From Octopus vulgaris (lineage: Eukaryota), in the NCBI GenBank assembly GCA_951406725.2, contig OX597823.1, positions 13,144,001-13,208,000 of the forward strand: 64,000 nt of DNA, in the 5' to 3' direction. This document shows positions 1 to 12,520 of the stretch, piece by piece. A program made the translations under genes and the position numbers. The stretch's first letter is position 1, and the number at the start of each line of letters is the position of its first letter. The notes beneath the pieces are model-generated. The model was not told where the DNA came from. It saw only the letters and a list, made by a program, of their open reading frames with translations, and did no database searches.

Positions 1-165
1 CCGCATTTTTTCCATCTCTACTTTCTGAGTTCAAATTCCGCCGAGGTCGGCTTCGGCTTTCATCTTTTCTGAGTCGATCAAATAAGTACCAGTTGAATAA
101 TCAGGTTGATGTCATCGACTTACCATCTTGCCGGAACTTGCTGGTCTTGTGTCAATATTTGAAAG
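1..165 (+). mobile_element. tRNA-derived SINE family B (Meta-domain-like), cut by window start
   Basis: ttctgagttcaaattccgccgaggtcggcttcggctttcatc...gtcgatcaaataagtaccag matches the family consensus seen at 21785 and 45457; contains B-box GTTCAAATTCC. Confidence 0.8.
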
Positions 166-784
166 CAAAAACTCCGCTGTTATATTTATTCCATATATTT
201 CTTGATATTTATGCGTTACGCACTGTCTACGCCATTGATTCATAAGAAATAATTCCATGTTTGGCTTTAATACGCTTATCTTATTTTCTTTATCTAACAT
301 GGCATTAGTGTTCTTGATTAATTTTCTTCTCTTCAAATCTAATATCAATTTGTTTGGCAAATTTACATAGTCACCGATAGTTTTCCACGTATTTATCATT
401 TGAAGCATACAACAGCATATATCCATTAACATACATCCATTAGCGATCTCATATCAAGATAATCAGCGCATGACCTTGCAGGTGGGGCCCGGTTAGAATT
501 TTCTTCTAGTTGAGTAACCCATCCCGCTCATTGGTCCCTGAATAAGGATTGTTTAAGGATATTGAACAAACCACCCATGTTTCCAAAGGTCAATTATCCA
601 AATCTCAAATAATTCATTTCAACACACGGCTGTGATGCCCCCCCCCACTACTTCTGCTCGTTGTCAGATATGCACATATCGTCAGCTACTATGCTCATAT
701 CGTCAGCTACTAAGGGACATGGTCAACTGGTTGAGGTCAAACAACTGACAAGCAAATCTATGGTATTGAGCAGATTATTGCCTT

Positions 785-1255
785 TGTACACTTTCTAACG
801 CTGGAGATGTACTACGGTGTCAGCTGTTCACTACCAGTGAACTAAGGTAACACCTCTTACTTTTCGAGCACCTTCCGGAGTATTCGAGCGTTTCCAAGCA
901 GTGCTGTTTTCTGCTAGTGTTCCATCCTTATTTCAGCCCCTATTTATTCCATATACTTCTCAAGAATTTTACTCATTGTTTTCAGGACTCCGATAATAAT
1001 TGGTACTACTGCTACCTTTTTATTGACCACAACTGCTTAACTTCCCAAGCTAACCTGTCATGTCTGTCGACTTTTCTTCGTTCATTATCTGATACTCTGT
1101 TGTCTACCGGGCATGCTGTGTCTATGATCCAGCATAGTTTGTTTTCTTTCTCAATTAAGACTAGGCCTGGCTTCCTATTCTCAATCGCATAGTCGCACTG
1201 AATCCTGAAATCCCATAGGAAATTTGCATTTCTATTTCATGTTTGTGGTCGTACA
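785..1255 (-). mobile_element. 3' end of a restriction-like-endonuclease (RLE) non-LTR retrotransposon (R4/Dong-like), decayed
   Basis: Minus-strand translation with stops/frameshifts: FLWDFRIQCDYAIENRKPGLVLIEKENKLCWIIDTACPVDNRV...VVPIIIGVL...QKTALLGNARILRKVLEK*. Homologous to the C-terminus of the 1500-2530 element. Confidence 0.8.
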
Positions 1256-1265
1256 TTATTATTAA

Positions 1266-1480
1266 GGCGGTGAGCTGGCAGAGTCGTTAGCACGCTGGAC
1301 GAAATGCCTAGCGGTATTTCGTCCCTCACTACATTCTGAGTTCACATTCCGCCAGGGTCGACTTTGCTTTTCATCCCTTTGAGGTCGATAATATAAGTGC
1401 CAGTAGAACTCTGGCGTCGATGTTTTCGATTCAACCCCTTACCCCCAAAATGCCTGCCCTTGTGACAAAATTTAAAACGA
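1266..1480 (+). mobile_element. SINE family B
   Basis: ggcggtgagctggcagagtcgttagcacg tRNA-like head, B-box-like gagttcacattcc, gtcgactttgcttttcatcc core. Confidence 0.85.
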
Positions 1481-1497
1481 TTATTATTATTATTATT

Positions 1498-2530
1498 CAG
1501 TAGTTTTATTTTTATAGCGTGCTTTCACTTCACTACCGAGCGCAGCTCTGTGTGCCTTGGGTATGTGCTGTGATTTGTTGTGATGCTCTGATGGTTATTG
1601 TATGGAAAGTGTTCTGCGTAGGATGTGTGCAGTGCCTAGTAGTGCAATTTTCTGTATGTTATATGTGTTTGTAAGTCCTGGTGTTTTTGTTATGTATTTG
1701 TCTGAATATTTTTTTATCATGCCTAATGCACCTACTATGATAGGAATTGTTTCTGTTTTCAGATTCCACATTCTAGTTATCTCTATTTCCAGGTCTTTGT
1801 ATTTTGAGAGTTTCTCCATTTCTTTTAGAGACACGTTGTCATCAGCCGGTATTGATACATCAATTAGAAAGCATTTTTTTCTTCATGATCTCTGACAACT
1901 ATATCTGGTCTGTTGGCCTTAATTTCTCTATCTGTGTGTATCGGCATATCCCAGAGTATGGTTGCTTTCTCGTTTTCTGTGACCTTTTCTGGTGTGTGCC
2001 TATACCATCTTTTTTCTGTTGTTATTCCATAATGTTGGCATAGCTTCCAATGTATGTAGGTTCCAACTCTGTCATGTCTGTGAATATATTCCTTCTTAGC
2101 CAGGACTGGGCAGCTAGAGATAATATGATTTATTGTTTCTTGTCCATCTCCACATATTCTGCAGTTACTTGTAATATTTCTTTTCATTACATGTTTTTGG
2201 TAATTTCTGGTGGGGAGGCTTTGGTCTTGTGCTGCAATTAAAAATCCCTCTGTTTCTGCTTTGAGTCCTGAGCTTCTCAACCATTGCTGGGATTTTTCTT
2301 TGTCTATTTCTTTTGCGTTTAGTTTAGTCCAGTATTTACCATGAAGGGGCTTTTCTTGCCATCGTTTTATCATGGTTCGTTGCTGTTCTATTTTTAGTTT
2401 GGATTTCATTTGTTTTATAGCTTTTGTTGTTTCTTCATCATCTTCTTCTTCTTCTTCTTCTTCTTCTTCTTCTTCCTGTTTATTAGGTGGTATGATTTCT
2501 TGTTTGTATTTGTCAGCTTCCTTAAATTCT
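1498..2530 (-). mobile_element. 5'-truncated RLE non-LTR retrotransposon (R4/Dong-like) between (TAA)n tracts
   Basis: ORFs 1864-2409 and 1595-1834, joined by one frameshift, encode KPLHGKYW...LKAETEGFLIAAQDQSLPTRNY, a CCHC knuckle CRICGDGQETINHIISSC, RHDRV, RPDIVV (PD motif), KLSKYKDL...PIIVGALG...QKIALLGTAHILRRTL. Bounded by (TTA)n at 1481-1497 and 2540-2605. Confidence 0.9.
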
Positions 2531-2538
2531 TCTTCTTC

Positions 2539-2539
<1 letters not shown>

Positions 2540-2605
<66 letters not shown>
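2540..2605. repeat. (TTA)n microsatellite
   Basis: Perfect tta run. Confidence 0.95.
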
Positions 2606-2607
<2 letters not shown>

Positions 2608-2677
2608 CCATGTGGTCTAGTGGTTAGGAATCCTGGCTTTCACCCAGGTGGCCCGGGTTCGATTCCCGGCATGGGAA
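2606..2677 (+). tRNA. trnE-TTC: tRNA-Glu (anticodon TTC); gene or recent pseudogene
   Basis: 72 nt TCCCATGTGGTCTAGTGGTTAGGAATCCTGGCTTTCACCCAGGTGGCCCGGGTTCGATTCCCGGCATGGGAA. Acceptor stem TCCCATG/CATGGGA, anticodon stem CCTGG/CCAGG with loop CTTTCAC, T-arm CCGGG-TTCGATT-CCCGG. One D-stem mismatch. Confidence 0.9.
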
Positions 2678-2690
2678 CTTGTTCTTAATA

Positions 2691-3106
2691 AGCGTAGGAG
2701 TGCCTGCGTGGTAAGTAGCTTGCTTACGAACCCCATGGTTCCGAGTTCAGTCCCGCTGCGTGGCACCTTGGGCAAATGTCTTCTACTATATCCTCGGGCC
2801 GACCAAAGCCTTGTGAGTGGATATTTGGTAGACGGAAATTGAAAGAAGCCCGTCGTATATATGTAAATATATATATGTATTTGTGTGTATGTTTGTGTGT
2901 CTGTGTTTGTCCCACCAGCATCGCTTGACAACCGATGCTGGTGTGTTTACATCCCCATAACCTAGCTATTCGCCAAAAGGGACCGATAGAATAATTACTA
3001 CGCTTACAAAGAATAAGTCCTGGGGTCGATTTTCTCGACTAAAGGCGGTGATCCAGCATGGCCGCATTCAAATGACTGAAACAAGTAAAACAGTAAAAGA
3101 GTAAAG
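2691..3106 (+). mobile_element. tRNA-derived SINE family A (~420-460 bp, internal TA/TG microsatellite)
   Basis: Head gtggtaagtagcttgctt...gttcagtccc, core gggccgaccaaagccttgtgagtgga, tail gactgaaacaagtaaaa(gagtaaa)n. About 10 homologous copies in the window. Confidence 0.9.
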
Positions 3107-3107
3107 A

Positions 3108-3140
3108 ATTATTATTATCATTAATATTATTATTCCTATG

Positions 3141-3227
<87 letters not shown>

Positions 3228-3250
3228 TAAGTAAGTAAGTAAGTAAGTAA
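3108..3250. repeat. Compound (ATT)n/(AGT)n/(AAGT)n microsatellite
   Basis: Direct inspection. Confidence 0.9.
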
Positions 3251-3491
3251 GAGCAGCAGCAGTATCTACTTTATCTGGGATTGTGTAAACAATGAAAACT
3301 GCGCACGATTTAATATCAAAAAATAAACCACACTCAATGCGAAAGATTGATTAAGGATTCATATCTATATTACAAATTACACTCAAATGAACATCTGCTT
3401 AAGCTGTCCATTCCCTTCCTATGAATTGGAAACACATATATTCTACATATGCTAAATTTTTTATGCCATTTTTTTTATCGGTGACAACATA

Positions 3492-3913
3492 GGATCTTTT
3501 CGGTTTGAACAGCAGTTTTTCTAGCGGTGTTATATGAAATTGTCACCCATAATTATGACCCTAGTATCGATCTATTGCATTTCAATCTATTTTAGGGTTA
3601 AGGTTAGGGTTAGGGGTGGGGGGAAGGGTATCTTTTTTTCTTCACAAATGTAAATAAACCCAATCTGTTTCTTAAACGAGGAAGATATTCATATGGCACA
3701 GAATGATTTTTACCAAAATAGACGTATTTGATTGGTTGAAATTGCAGAAATTGAAGAAAAAAAACAACAAATATCTTACAAACTATAGAATTTTCTCAAT
3801 AAAGCCAAGAGAAAAAGATGTTTAATAAACACATTCTACCAGTATACGAAGTTTGAAATTTTTTAGTTACCTAGAAATTATGTTAAAAACTGCAGTTCAA
3901 ACCGAAAAGATCC
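3492..3913. mobile_element. MITE with ~29-bp TIRs and 8-bp TSD (Merlin-like termini), internal TTAGGG repeats; copy 1
   Basis: TIR ggatcttttcggtttgaacagcagttttt ... aaaaactgcagttcaaaccgaaaagatcc; flanks acaacata/acaatata; near-identical to 30535-30951. Confidence 0.9.
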
Positions 3914-4249
3914 ACAATATAAATATAATAGAGACCCAGATACTATTCTGGTTGTAAATTCTTGTAGTGGATGCTTTTTTCAATGATTTAGAATAAGGTA
4001 ATTCATTGGATGGAGACCATGACGGACTCATTGGTTTATTTACTTGTGATACTAAGGAAGTAGTGGCTGGTCTATTTACTATTTAAACTAATGATTTGAT
4101 TAATGAAAATGGCGCATTTAATAAGAACAACAGACAAGAGAGACAACCCAAAAACTTAAAACGCGGTTGTGGGTGCGATAATTGGTCTTTCGATCGAGCC
4201 AAGGACTTTATTTTATTAGTTCTTCAAATTGCTAGCACTGCCTAGCAGT

Positions 4250-5330
4250 CGCAATTCCTGATAGAGATGTCGCCATTAGTCAGTAACGGCAAAGGATTTA
4301 AACTCAGAATGTACAAAGCGAAAAAAGATTCCGCTAGTTCTTCATTCAAGCAATTTCGCTAATCCACTTCGGCCCTGTTTGAAATCAGCACAGGTTCAAA
4401 AGAAACATTGATTTCAAGTTTTGGCACGAGGCCAGCAATTTTGAAGAAGCAGTTAAATGCTGAACTGGTATTTATTTTATGAACTTATTTCATGAACACT
4501 GAAAGGTTGAAAGGCAAATTCGACCCCGGCGGCATTTGAAATCAGAATGTAAATACGGAAGAAATGCCGCTAAAAGCATTTTTGCGGCGTAGTAACGATT
4601 CTCTCAGATCACTGCCCTAGGGTCTGAAGAAATATTAGTTTCGAATTTTGAAACTGGGACAGCAATTTCGGGAGTGAGTCGACTACATGGACCCCTCTCA
4701 GATGGTACTTATTTTATCGACCCAGAAATGATGAAAGGTGAAGTCGACCTCGATGGAATTTGACCACAGAAGGCAGAGGCAGACGAAATGCCGCTAAGCA
4801 ATTTGCACGGCGGGCTAACAATTATGTCAGCTTGTCCTAGTCAGAAAAAATATTGCGAGGCATCTGATATAGCATTCTAGCGATTCTGTCAAGTTGTTTC
4901 TTTAAACCTAAATGAATATTCATTGTTACTAAGGTGGCGAGCTGGAAGAATCGTTAGCATAGCGGACAAAATATTTAACGACATTTAATCTGTGAGTTCA
5001 AAGTCTTCCGATCTCGACTTTCCCTTTCGGGGCTCGATAAAATAAGTGGCTATCGTAATCGACTTATCTCTCCCCTGAAATTTTTGGCCTTGTGCCAAAT
5101 TTTGAAACTGATATTCCTTTCTACCATATGCACAAGGCCTGAAAGTTTTTAAAGGAGGAGGATAATGGACGATATCGATCTCAGTGATCAACTGGTACTT
5201 ATTTCATTGACCCCGAAAGGATGAAAGGCAAAGATGACATCGGCGGAATTTGAACACAAAATGTAAAGCCAGAAGAACTGCTGCCAAGCAATTTATCCGG
5301 CACGATAGATTCTGGCAGCGAACCCTTTAA
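4250..5330. mobile_element. Cluster of degenerate SINE family B fragments in both orientations
   Basis: Repeated gatgaaaggc/tgaagtcgacctcg..ggaatttgaactcaga..gaaatgccgctaagca motifs near 4460-4620, 4680-4830 and 5170-5320 (-), and 4932-5110 (+). Confidence 0.7.
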
Positions 5331-5504
5331 AACTACATTAATATCAATTAAAACATAATACAGTGTGGAATGAGATTAGCATTGACAACCTGAAATATAC
5401 TTTGGTATTCTTAGAGAAGAATGCCGAAGATCGCATCTCACCTCCCACTACATTGAATTTGAAATCTATTTTAAGTAGTTTATAGCCCAAGACTGAATGT
5501 CTGC

Positions 5505-5700
5505 CTCTGTATTTTCATCAGAATAATTATGAAACTAATTACTCTATTTTCATCAGAATAATTATGAAACTAATTACTCTATCTCTTCCCTCTAAAGACG
5601 TGATCCAAGATTGTTTAATTTCTACAATATTTCAGTGTCTGCTTGTTTTCTATGTAGAGTGTGCTTGTTTTCTATGTAGAGTTTGTTTGTTTTCTATCTA
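5505..5700. repeat. Local tandem duplications (35-bp unit x2; 22-bp unit x~3)
   Basis: tattttcatcagaataattatgaaactaattactc twice; cttgttttctatgtagagt(g/t)tg repeated. Confidence 0.85.
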
Positions 5701-6559
5701 TGGCAGATACTATATACTGAAAAGTAGATAGAAGAGGACAACTAGCTGAATTATTTTTCAAGATGGCATGGAAAAGAATTATTCTGAATAGTTGCGAAAT
5801 GTCAGTAAGAAGCTTGAGCTTTATATCAAAATGGATAAACAGTATGCAAAAGTCGTGAAACAAAACAGTGTTGAATGAGGTAGAAAGTAGACTCCAAATG
5901 TCAGAAGCAAGAACAATGTTAAATATAGTCTTCGGACTCAAATGGCAAAAGGACAAATATTTTGAGGAAGAATATGTTCCTTTGTTGGTCCTTATATTAT
6001 CTGCACAGAAACGGTGAAACGAAAAGCCACTCTCGGCGGGATTTGAACTCAGAAAATGAATAGTAGCAGAGGAATTAAAGCTGAATTATATTTGAAGTCG
6101 ACATAAAAAACAGAAATTAATCTGAAAGGTAGCAAAATGTCAATAAGAAGTTGAACTTTAAATGTGAAGAGTTAAACAACATTGAAACGATATAAACCAA
6201 AACGGGAGATGAAAAAGTAAGGGTTTAATAGGAGTAGGTTGAACAGGTATATGTCTTTAATGGAACAGAAGACCAATGTAAAGGTAGAAGTATAATATAA
6301 AAGTCAAATGAAGATCGTTTCAGTGAGCACAGAATGTAGTCTTCAGAAAAAGTACTGTAAACGGAAGAACAACGTAAAATAAATTGTTCGAATTTAAACG
6401 GCATAAGGACAGCCATTTCGAGAAAATGGTTCTTATTTTATATGCCGTAAACGATGAAAAGCAAGGTCGCCCTTGGTGGGATTTGAACTCAGAAGCGTAA
6501 TGAAAGAATGGATTGCATGATACCCAGTAACTTCATTTCTAATATCAAGAAACAATATA

Positions 6560-6732
6560 TCTCTTTTACTTGTTTCAGTCATTTGACGATGGCCATGGAG
6601 CAAATCGACTCCAGGACTTTTTAAGCCTAGTAATTATTTTATCGGTCTCTTTTGCCGAACCGCTCAGTTACGGGGACGTAAACACACCAGCATCGGTTGT
6701 CAAGCGATGTTGGTGGGACAAAGACAGACACA

Positions 6733-6794
<62 letters not shown>

Positions 6795-7156
6795 CAGTTA
6801 GTTAATCCAAACAAGAAAGCACAAAAAAACACAACAACGCAAGGACGTGGAACAAATATAGTATTATTGGACGCTCAGGAAAGAAGGAGGGTTTAACGTT
6901 TCGAGCGGAGCTCTTCATCGGAAACATAGGAGAAGGAAAGATCCAGAGAAGGGAAGACAGAGGGAAAAATCGCCAACGGTACACACGCGGTCGGGCTTCT
7001 TTCAGTTTCCGTCTACCAAATCCATTCACAAGGCTTTGGTCGGCCCGCCCTAGGATAAAGTAGAAAATACTTGCCCAAGGTGACATGCAGTCGGACTGAA
7101 CCCGGAACTACGGGGTTGGTAAGCAAGCTACTTACCACACAGCCACTCCTGCGCCT
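6560..7156 (-). mobile_element. SINE family A interrupted at its microsatellite by a ~200-bp insert (6795-6992)
   Basis: Tail half 6560-6790 and head half 6992-7156 match the reverse complement of family A. Confidence 0.85.
6891..6925 (-). ncRNA. Minimal type-I hammerhead-like motif (CCGAUGA core variant) in a PLE-like pLTR fragment
   Basis: Minus strand gttt-ccgatga-a-gagc-tcc-gctc-gaa-acgt-t-aaac: stem I gttt/aaac, stem II gagc/gctc, palindromic acgt stem III. Confidence 0.55.
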
Positions 7157-8288
7157 CTAAATATGGAATAATATGTTTTAGAAATTGAAAATCCGAAGAG
7201 GATGGAAAAAGAAAGCGAGAAATATAACAATGGATTTATGTGAAATACATGTTTGCCTGTTTGTTTTTGCTTGAGTTTCTGTACGTGTGGGAGCGTGTGC
7301 GTACACATGCACCTCTGTGTGTGAATGTGCGTTTGTTCGAATGTGCATGTGTGTGTGTGTGTGTGTGTTTCTGCATATGTGTGTAAGTGTGCGTCTATGT
7401 GTATATCTAAGTGTATGCTTGTCGTTCGTTCTAAATTCTGAGTAGTTACAGACTGCATGCCCAACTCCCCTTAAACAAATTAAAGCCTTACTTTATGATT
7501 TGCACACCCTTTCTATTGTTAATAAACAAAAGGTTCGTGTGCGCATATGTTTGTGTATGTGTATTGTAATATCGTGCGTGTCTAACACATATGGTTACAC
7601 GATACGTAGTAATTAAGAATCACTTGATAGGCAACTGAATATGAAAGAGTTTGAGAAACTGAATATTCTCCTGAGTATATAACGGAGCCAACAAGGCTCC
7701 TCTGACTCGGCAGGGCGAACCTCATAAGTAACTGTCATTTAATATGATACAAAAATAGGTTTATGGTCATTAAAAGTCACATAAGAGTTCAAGGGAATGA
7801 ATTTCAACTCATGATCAATCGGTCCGTTAACTGGACCAGTTACGTGAGCCACATATTGAATGTGCCTAGTTTCCTATTCCATCAAGTAAAATATATACTC
7901 ATGTTATCAATAGCTCCGCACAGTCTGATGGCCTCTATTTGTTAACATGATGCCTCAAAGATGTAGTTTACAAAAGTGTAGGTTTAGTTGCTAAAAATAT
8001 GAATTATGTCTTCTGAAAATTCTAAACAAGTATCATAAATGTTTTGGCATATCTGCGACTTAAAGGCACCGAGATATTTTTTTTTTTTTTGTGGAATGTT
8101 TTATTTTTCTTTTAAAAAATACTGAAACGCAACAGCCTATTCATACTGGAAAAGCTATCATCAGAATGAATATATTTATGTAACAATACAGTTTTCAAAA
8201 TGCGTGTAAAATCTATAGACACACACTGAAAAATAGCTGTTAAAATGGGAAGCGCACTTTGCGAGCATTTTCACTTTTCTTTTAGACT

Positions 8289-8327
<39 letters not shown>

Positions 8328-8440
8328 TTATAGTACAGATTGCATTTCTAACAAGCACCTAGATGGGTACATGAAATATTCAAATAGGAATACACATTCA
8401 GCTAAATACGCATGTGCGTATGTGGGGTATGTATGTATTT

Positions 8441-8901
<461 letters not shown>

Positions 8902-9421
8902 ATGTATGTCTTTTTGCCTATGTATATGGAGATGTATCGAGATAAAGAAAGAATAGGAAGGAAAAGAGAGAGAGAGACTGAGCGAGAGATGAATAAGTAT
9001 TCTGTGACGAATTTAAAGCTACTTTATCGCATAGTCGAGTAGAAGTAGCAACAAAATAAATGGCAATACCATTAGCGCAGTCACTAAAATTGTAACTTCA
9101 ACAATAACACATGAAAACCATCTACGAAAACAATATCAATAACATGCCTCGTGGTGTATGCAATTGAAAACAGAAGATTACATTTTACACATTACAAAAA
9201 CACTAATTTCAGATGATAAATACAACAATTAGGGCAAAAAATATATATATACTTCTACTTTACATGATGCAAAACTTTCCGTTGGATAATCGCTAATGTA
9301 TATCGTTTCATTCGGTAAGTTTACACACCCAGACACAAGTTGGTAACATCATGAAAATTGTATGATTAACCATTATAGGTATACCAACGGCATCAAAGAT
9401 GCGGCTGGGTAATTATAAAAT

Positions 9422-9511
9422 CATACACACACACACACACACACACACATACATATATATACATACGCACACACACGCAAATACACACGCACACACGCAC
9501 ACACATACACA

Positions 9512-9581
<70 letters not shown>
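9422..9581. repeat. (CA)n/(TA)n microsatellite
   Basis: Direct inspection. Confidence 0.95.
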
Positions 9582-9582
<1 letters not shown>

Positions 9583-10346
9583 TCAGAAACAGGTATTCTA
9601 AAAAATCTATACAAGCCTCATTGATTTAGAATTATAATTAAACACAGTTAGTTATTAAAAATAGTTCTGTCTACCGTTTTTTTTTACTTTACTAATTTCA
9701 GAAGTTCGTTGCTGTACATGAATTTTTTTTCCTGTTTGAGATCGAATATATATTTTGATCATTTTCAGTCAAAAAATGTTTACAAACACTATCCGATACA
9801 CAAATATTACATCCCACGTAACTATACATTTATACACGAACAAACACACAAACCACATGCATACAATCTTAAAACTGTATTGGTGTATAATAAACTGCAA
9901 TTATAGTTTTGATGACGATGATAATGATGATGATGAGAGGACAACGGCAGCAAAAAAAAAAAAAGACCACAAATTCAATGGGATAGCGTTTGTCGAGAAC
10001 ATCAATCCCTGTACTCAACTGGTACTATTTTATCGACCCTGAAATGATACAAAATGTAGTTGACCAAAGCGGATTTTCAACTCTGAAAAGAAGCAAGAAG
10101 CCTCTTATCCGACTTGCGAATGACTCCGTTATCTCGCTGCATTGATAACAATAGTTATCGTCCTTTCTACTAAAGGCACGAGGTTCGAAATTTTGAGAGG
10201 TGAGCTAGACGATTACACTCACTGAGGTGCTCTATCGGTACTTATTTTATTGACCCCGACAGGTTGAGAGGTAAGGCAGATTCAGAACGTAATGAGCTAG
10301 AATAAATGCATCAGCGATGAGGATTATTACAAAGACAGTTTATATA

Positions 10347-10641
10347 TTAATAGTTATCACCATACTTATATGGCAGTCTTATAAATATAAGAATAAAACT
10401 GTCGCTGATTAGCTCCAAGAGGCCACCGCCTCAAGCTAGCTATTTGACACACAGCATGCGTCCATTATAAACCTTCGAACAGGGGAGGTCAGCCGCTTCA
10501 TCCTGCCAGTCGAAGGTTTATAATGGACGCAGGTTGTGTGTCAAATAGCTAGCTTGAGGCGGTGGCCTCTTGGAGCTAATCAGCGACAGCTTTAGTCTTA
10601 TATTTATAAGACTGCCATATAAGTATGGCGATAACTATTAA
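10347..10641. repeat. Fold-back element: ~132-bp near-perfect inverted repeat with ~31-bp spacer
   Basis: 10347-10478 (ttaatagttatcaccatacttatatggcagtc...accttcga) is the reverse complement of 10510-10641 with a few mismatches. Confidence 0.95.
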
Positions 10642-11164
10642 TTTCCAGTAATGCTGCCGTAATATCCTTTAGAGAGACTTAGTAATTTTAATATTTCTAT
10701 TATAGCTTATATATTGTTGTGGGGAATTTATATCAAACATATTATTTAACGAGAGAGGCAGTATTAATACCGATGTCATATTTAACCCCGCTTCATCATT
10801 AACATAACCAAATGAGGATTGAAATCACGTGATCTGGTTGTCGTCACGCTGGAAGTGGCAGGGATTTATTTTCCCGCTAGAGATATAAACAAGCGTGCAT
10901 TTTACACCAGAATGCAATATCAGAGTTTCTTTCATGGTAACTACCTCAGTATAGTTTGTTCTAACAGCACATCCACGTTTATACAAAGAAAATAATGGGG
11001 AAAAAGAAAGGGTATGGAGAGATAAGATAAAAAGTATACACAATATACAAGAGAGCCTGCAAAGAAATTCCAAAGACCAAGGATTTTTCTGACCATCAAG
11101 AGCACAAGCCCTTGGCTAACCGCTGCTTTCCTATCTACAAACGTGTACTTGTTGTACTTCCATC

Positions 11165-11578
11165 CTCTTTTACTCGTTAACTCTTTTAATTGTTTCAGTC
11201 ATTTGACTCCAGCCATGCTGGAGCACCGCCTTTAGTCGAGCAAATTGACCCCAGGATTTATTCTTTGCAAGCTTAGTACTTATTCTATCGGTCTCTTTTG
11301 CTGAACGGCTAAGTTACGGGAACGTAAACACTCCAGCATCGGTTGTCAAGCGATGTTGGGTGGGGGGACACAGACACACAAACACACACACACATATATA
11401 TATATGTGCATATATACGACGGGCTTCTTTCAGTTTCCGTCTACCAAATCCACTCACAAGGCTTTGGTCGGCCCGAGGCTATAGTAGAAGACACTTGCCC
11501 AAGGTGCCACGCAGTGGGACTGAACCCGGAGCCATGTGGTTCGTAAATAGCTACTTACCACACAGCCACTCCTGCGCC
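11165..11578 (-). mobile_element. SINE family A, full length
   Basis: Reverse-complement match from the tail (ctcttttact) to the head (cacacagccactcctgcgcc). Confidence 0.9.
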
Positions 11579-11579
11579 T

Positions 11580-11790
11580 ATCATCTTAAACTTTCTCCTA
11601 TAGTCATCACCTTTTTCGCAAATTCACCGGTCAGAGGCACACCCACCATCACCTTCACTTTTTCAAAATCCAACTACTGCTTGTCTGAACAGAAAGATGT
11701 CTTCCCTCAATCCTTTAAGGCTCGTCCTCCACAGAAGCTATTTCTTCATACCCACAAGACAGAGGGGATAATCTTGCCCCACCCCCCCTA
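11580..11790 (-). mobile_element. Possible decayed L1/Tx1-type ORF2 C-terminal fragment
   Basis: Minus-strand CLVGMKK*LLWRTSLKGLREDIFLFRQAVVGF resembles Tx1-type ORF2 C-termini as recalled; not verified. Confidence 0.3.
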
Positions 11791-12191
11791 CTGAAGGCAG
11801 TTGGTGGGACGATAATCACGATAGGCTCATATAATAACCAAATTTATTCTGCATTCGACAACAGCTGAGCAATATAACTACACAAGCCAATAGTACTTGG
11901 ATACTGCACGATGCATTCAATACAATTTTTCACTTTATGAGCATTGCGGACATCGCTTAACATGGCAAATCTACTGTACTAACAGAACCATGCATTTGAC
12001 GACGGCACGTAATAAACGAGTAGACTGGCCACAGAAGGTGGTATATAAACCTTTTAGAAAAGGTTTGTACTATGTCCTTGTTTAATACATCAAAAGGAAT
12101 GGGAAGAAGCAAATACAAATACTCGGTCGCTTCAAACAAAATATAACAAAATATATTTTCCCTGTAATGGTAAAATACGACGTAGAGGGTA

Positions 12192-12520
12192 AAAACCTCC
12201 TTCGGTCATAAATGACCACGGGATTGAACCAAGAGAATTCCCCTCCGAGGCATATGTCCAGACAAGGTTGTTTATAGAAGACCAGCAGTTGACCATGCAT
12301 ACCAGCCTTCTCCTCCATGCCAGCGATGTTATCCAGGAGAAAGGCAAAGACCGATACAGCTTGGCATCAGTGATGTCGTAATTCATATCCACGGCTGAGT
12401 GAACTGGGGCAAATTGAAATAAAGTGCCATGCTCAAGAACACAACACACAGCTCAGTCTGAGAATCAAACTCGCTACCTCGTAATTGTCAGCCCAACACT
12501 CTAACCACTGAGTCATGTAG
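12192..12520 (-). mobile_element. tRNA-derived SINE family D
   Basis: Homologous to 19312-19612 (ccttcggtca..aatgacca.gggatt...gatacagcttggca...aaataaagtgcc..gctcaagaacacaac); tRNA-like head at the right end. Confidence 0.8.

Noticed and set aside
2617-2931. Recurrent ORFs such as [30 protein letters not shown] (also 11360, 39330, 53657)
   Set aside because: Chance open frames within SINE family A copies.
3592-3615. TTAGGG repeats as a chromosome end or fusion site
   Set aside because: Only 3-4 imperfect units, internal to a MITE present twice.
5505-5585. ctgatga on the minus strand in a 35-bp tandem duplication, as a possible HHR dimer
   Set aside because: No stem II or GAAA-UH arrangement on that strand; a simple local duplication.
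7668-7725. Hairpin ggagcc-aacaa-ggctcc followed by gggcgaa, as an HDV-like ribozyme
   Set aside because: Could not assign P1/P2/P3 pairings of the double pseudoknot.
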